Assembly (NCBI GenBank): GCA_016720805.1
Contig: JADKJZ010000002.1
Location: 213,617-277,616 of the forward strand
Reading direction: 5' to 3'
DNA: 64,000 bases
DNA from: Gemmatimonadota bacterium
Lineage (GTDB): Bacteria > Gemmatimonadota > Gemmatimonadetes > Gemmatimonadales > GWC2-71-9
The notes below the pieces were generated by a model. The model saw nothing but the letters and a program-made list of their open reading frames with translations. It made no database searches and was not told the DNA's origin. Shown piece after piece: positions 63,465 to 64,000 of this stretch; position 1 is the first letter of the stretch, and the number at the start of each line of letters is the position of its first letter. Both the position numbers and the translations under genes were made by a program.

Positions 63465-64000
63465 ATGCACCTGCGCGCAACGGCGAAGGCCGGTGGCGGG
63501 TCGGCCATGATGCCGAATTGTCCGCGCTGCGGCACGGCGCTCCACGTCGGGGCGATGCGGTGCCGTCAGTGCGGTGCACCGCAGCAGGCCTACGAACTGG
63601 TCTCGGCGCCGGTCGTCGAGGGTGAACTTCGCGGCCGGGAGCGGGCGCCGAAGGCGATGGTGCGAGCCGACGTCTGTGTCGGCTGCGGCACGTGCGTCGA
63701 CGCCTGTCCGGAGCCGGGCGCGATCACCATGCACAAGAAGCTTGCGGTGGTGGATGACGCCCTGTGCAAGGGCCACGGCGAATGCGTGGCGGCCTGCCCG
63801 GTCGGTGGCATCCTGGTGACGACGGGCGCGGCGGTGAACCGGGTCTCCGTCCCGCTGGTCAATGCCAACTTCGAGAGCAATCTCCCCGGCCTCTACATCG
63901 TCGGCGAACTCGGCGGACGCGGGCTCATCAAGAACGCCGTGAACGAGGGCCGACTGGCGGTCGAACACATCGCGTCGACGCTGGCACCGGCGACGGCCGA
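63465..64000 (+). CDS. Zinc-ribbon plus 2x[4Fe-4S] ferredoxin domain fused to an FAD/NAD(P)-binding oxidoreductase; 3' end beyond the window
   Basis: Not in the ORF track (no stop in window). The frame is open from 63396: ..YGILAATLLAFVLITGLAIRMHLR..MMPNCPRCG..CRQCG..CVGCGTCVDACP..CKGHGECVAACP..LPGLYIVGELGGRGLIKNAVNEG. The first canonical in-frame start is ATG 63465. Confidence 0.65.
   Translation, partial: MHLRATAKAGGGSAMMPNCPRCGTALHVGAMRCRQCGAPQQAYELVSAPVVEGELRGRERAPKAMVRADVCVGCGTCVDACPEPGAITMHKKLAVVDDALCKGHGECVAACPVGGILVTTGAAVNRVSVPLVNANFESNLPGLYIVGELGGRGLIKNAVNEGRLAVEHIASTLAPATA

Overview
High-GC (roughly two-thirds G+C by eye) bacterial chromosomal segment, densely coding. I recognised no rRNA, tRNA, CRISPR array, transposase or integrase. 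All family calls come from reading motifs in the translations; no database search was possible. The gene content is reminiscent of Gemmatimonadota or Acidobacteriota-type soil bacteria, but that is a weak, unverified inference.

The window has two contrasting parts.

(1) 1-39.2 kb holds intact, tightly packed and often translationally coupled operons:
- a sugar cluster (Gfo/Idh/MocA, MFS permease, DUF1080, GH20)
- MOSC, AlaX, and a DinB/VOC detoxification group
- tandem DUF481 outer-membrane proteins
- a 5'-nucleotidase coupled to a RidA lipoprotein
- an ECF transporter followed by a HEAT-repeat protein
- a PDZ, GAF, hydrolase, PolX, Nth cluster
- a cyclophilin, HD, PLD operon
- an ECF sigma, anti-sigma, CpxP-like, TolC, MacAB-like efflux operon, then DUF5916

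This part also carries nine unusual intergenic elements. Each is a long hairpin whose two arms are inverted tandem arrays of a 7-nt unit.

(2) 39.7-62.2 kb has none of these elements. Most of its large or signalling genes are interrupted by at least 25 frame changes or premature stops, although their catalytic motifs are still readable. The affected genes are an 8.4-kb cyclic beta-1,2-glucan synthase homolog, an OmpR-type response regulator, a GAF histidine kinase, a Rieske operon, a large Ig-like lipoprotein, a Ser/Thr kinase with TPR tail, and a zinc-ribbon protein. Sequence alone cannot decide between local assembly/consensus indel errors and a genuinely decaying region. One roughly 35-nt internal loss in the regulator and two Cys-to-Tyr changes in the zinc ribbon argue that at least part is real.

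The heptamer-hairpin family and the sharp intact/broken boundary are the two observations I rate highest.
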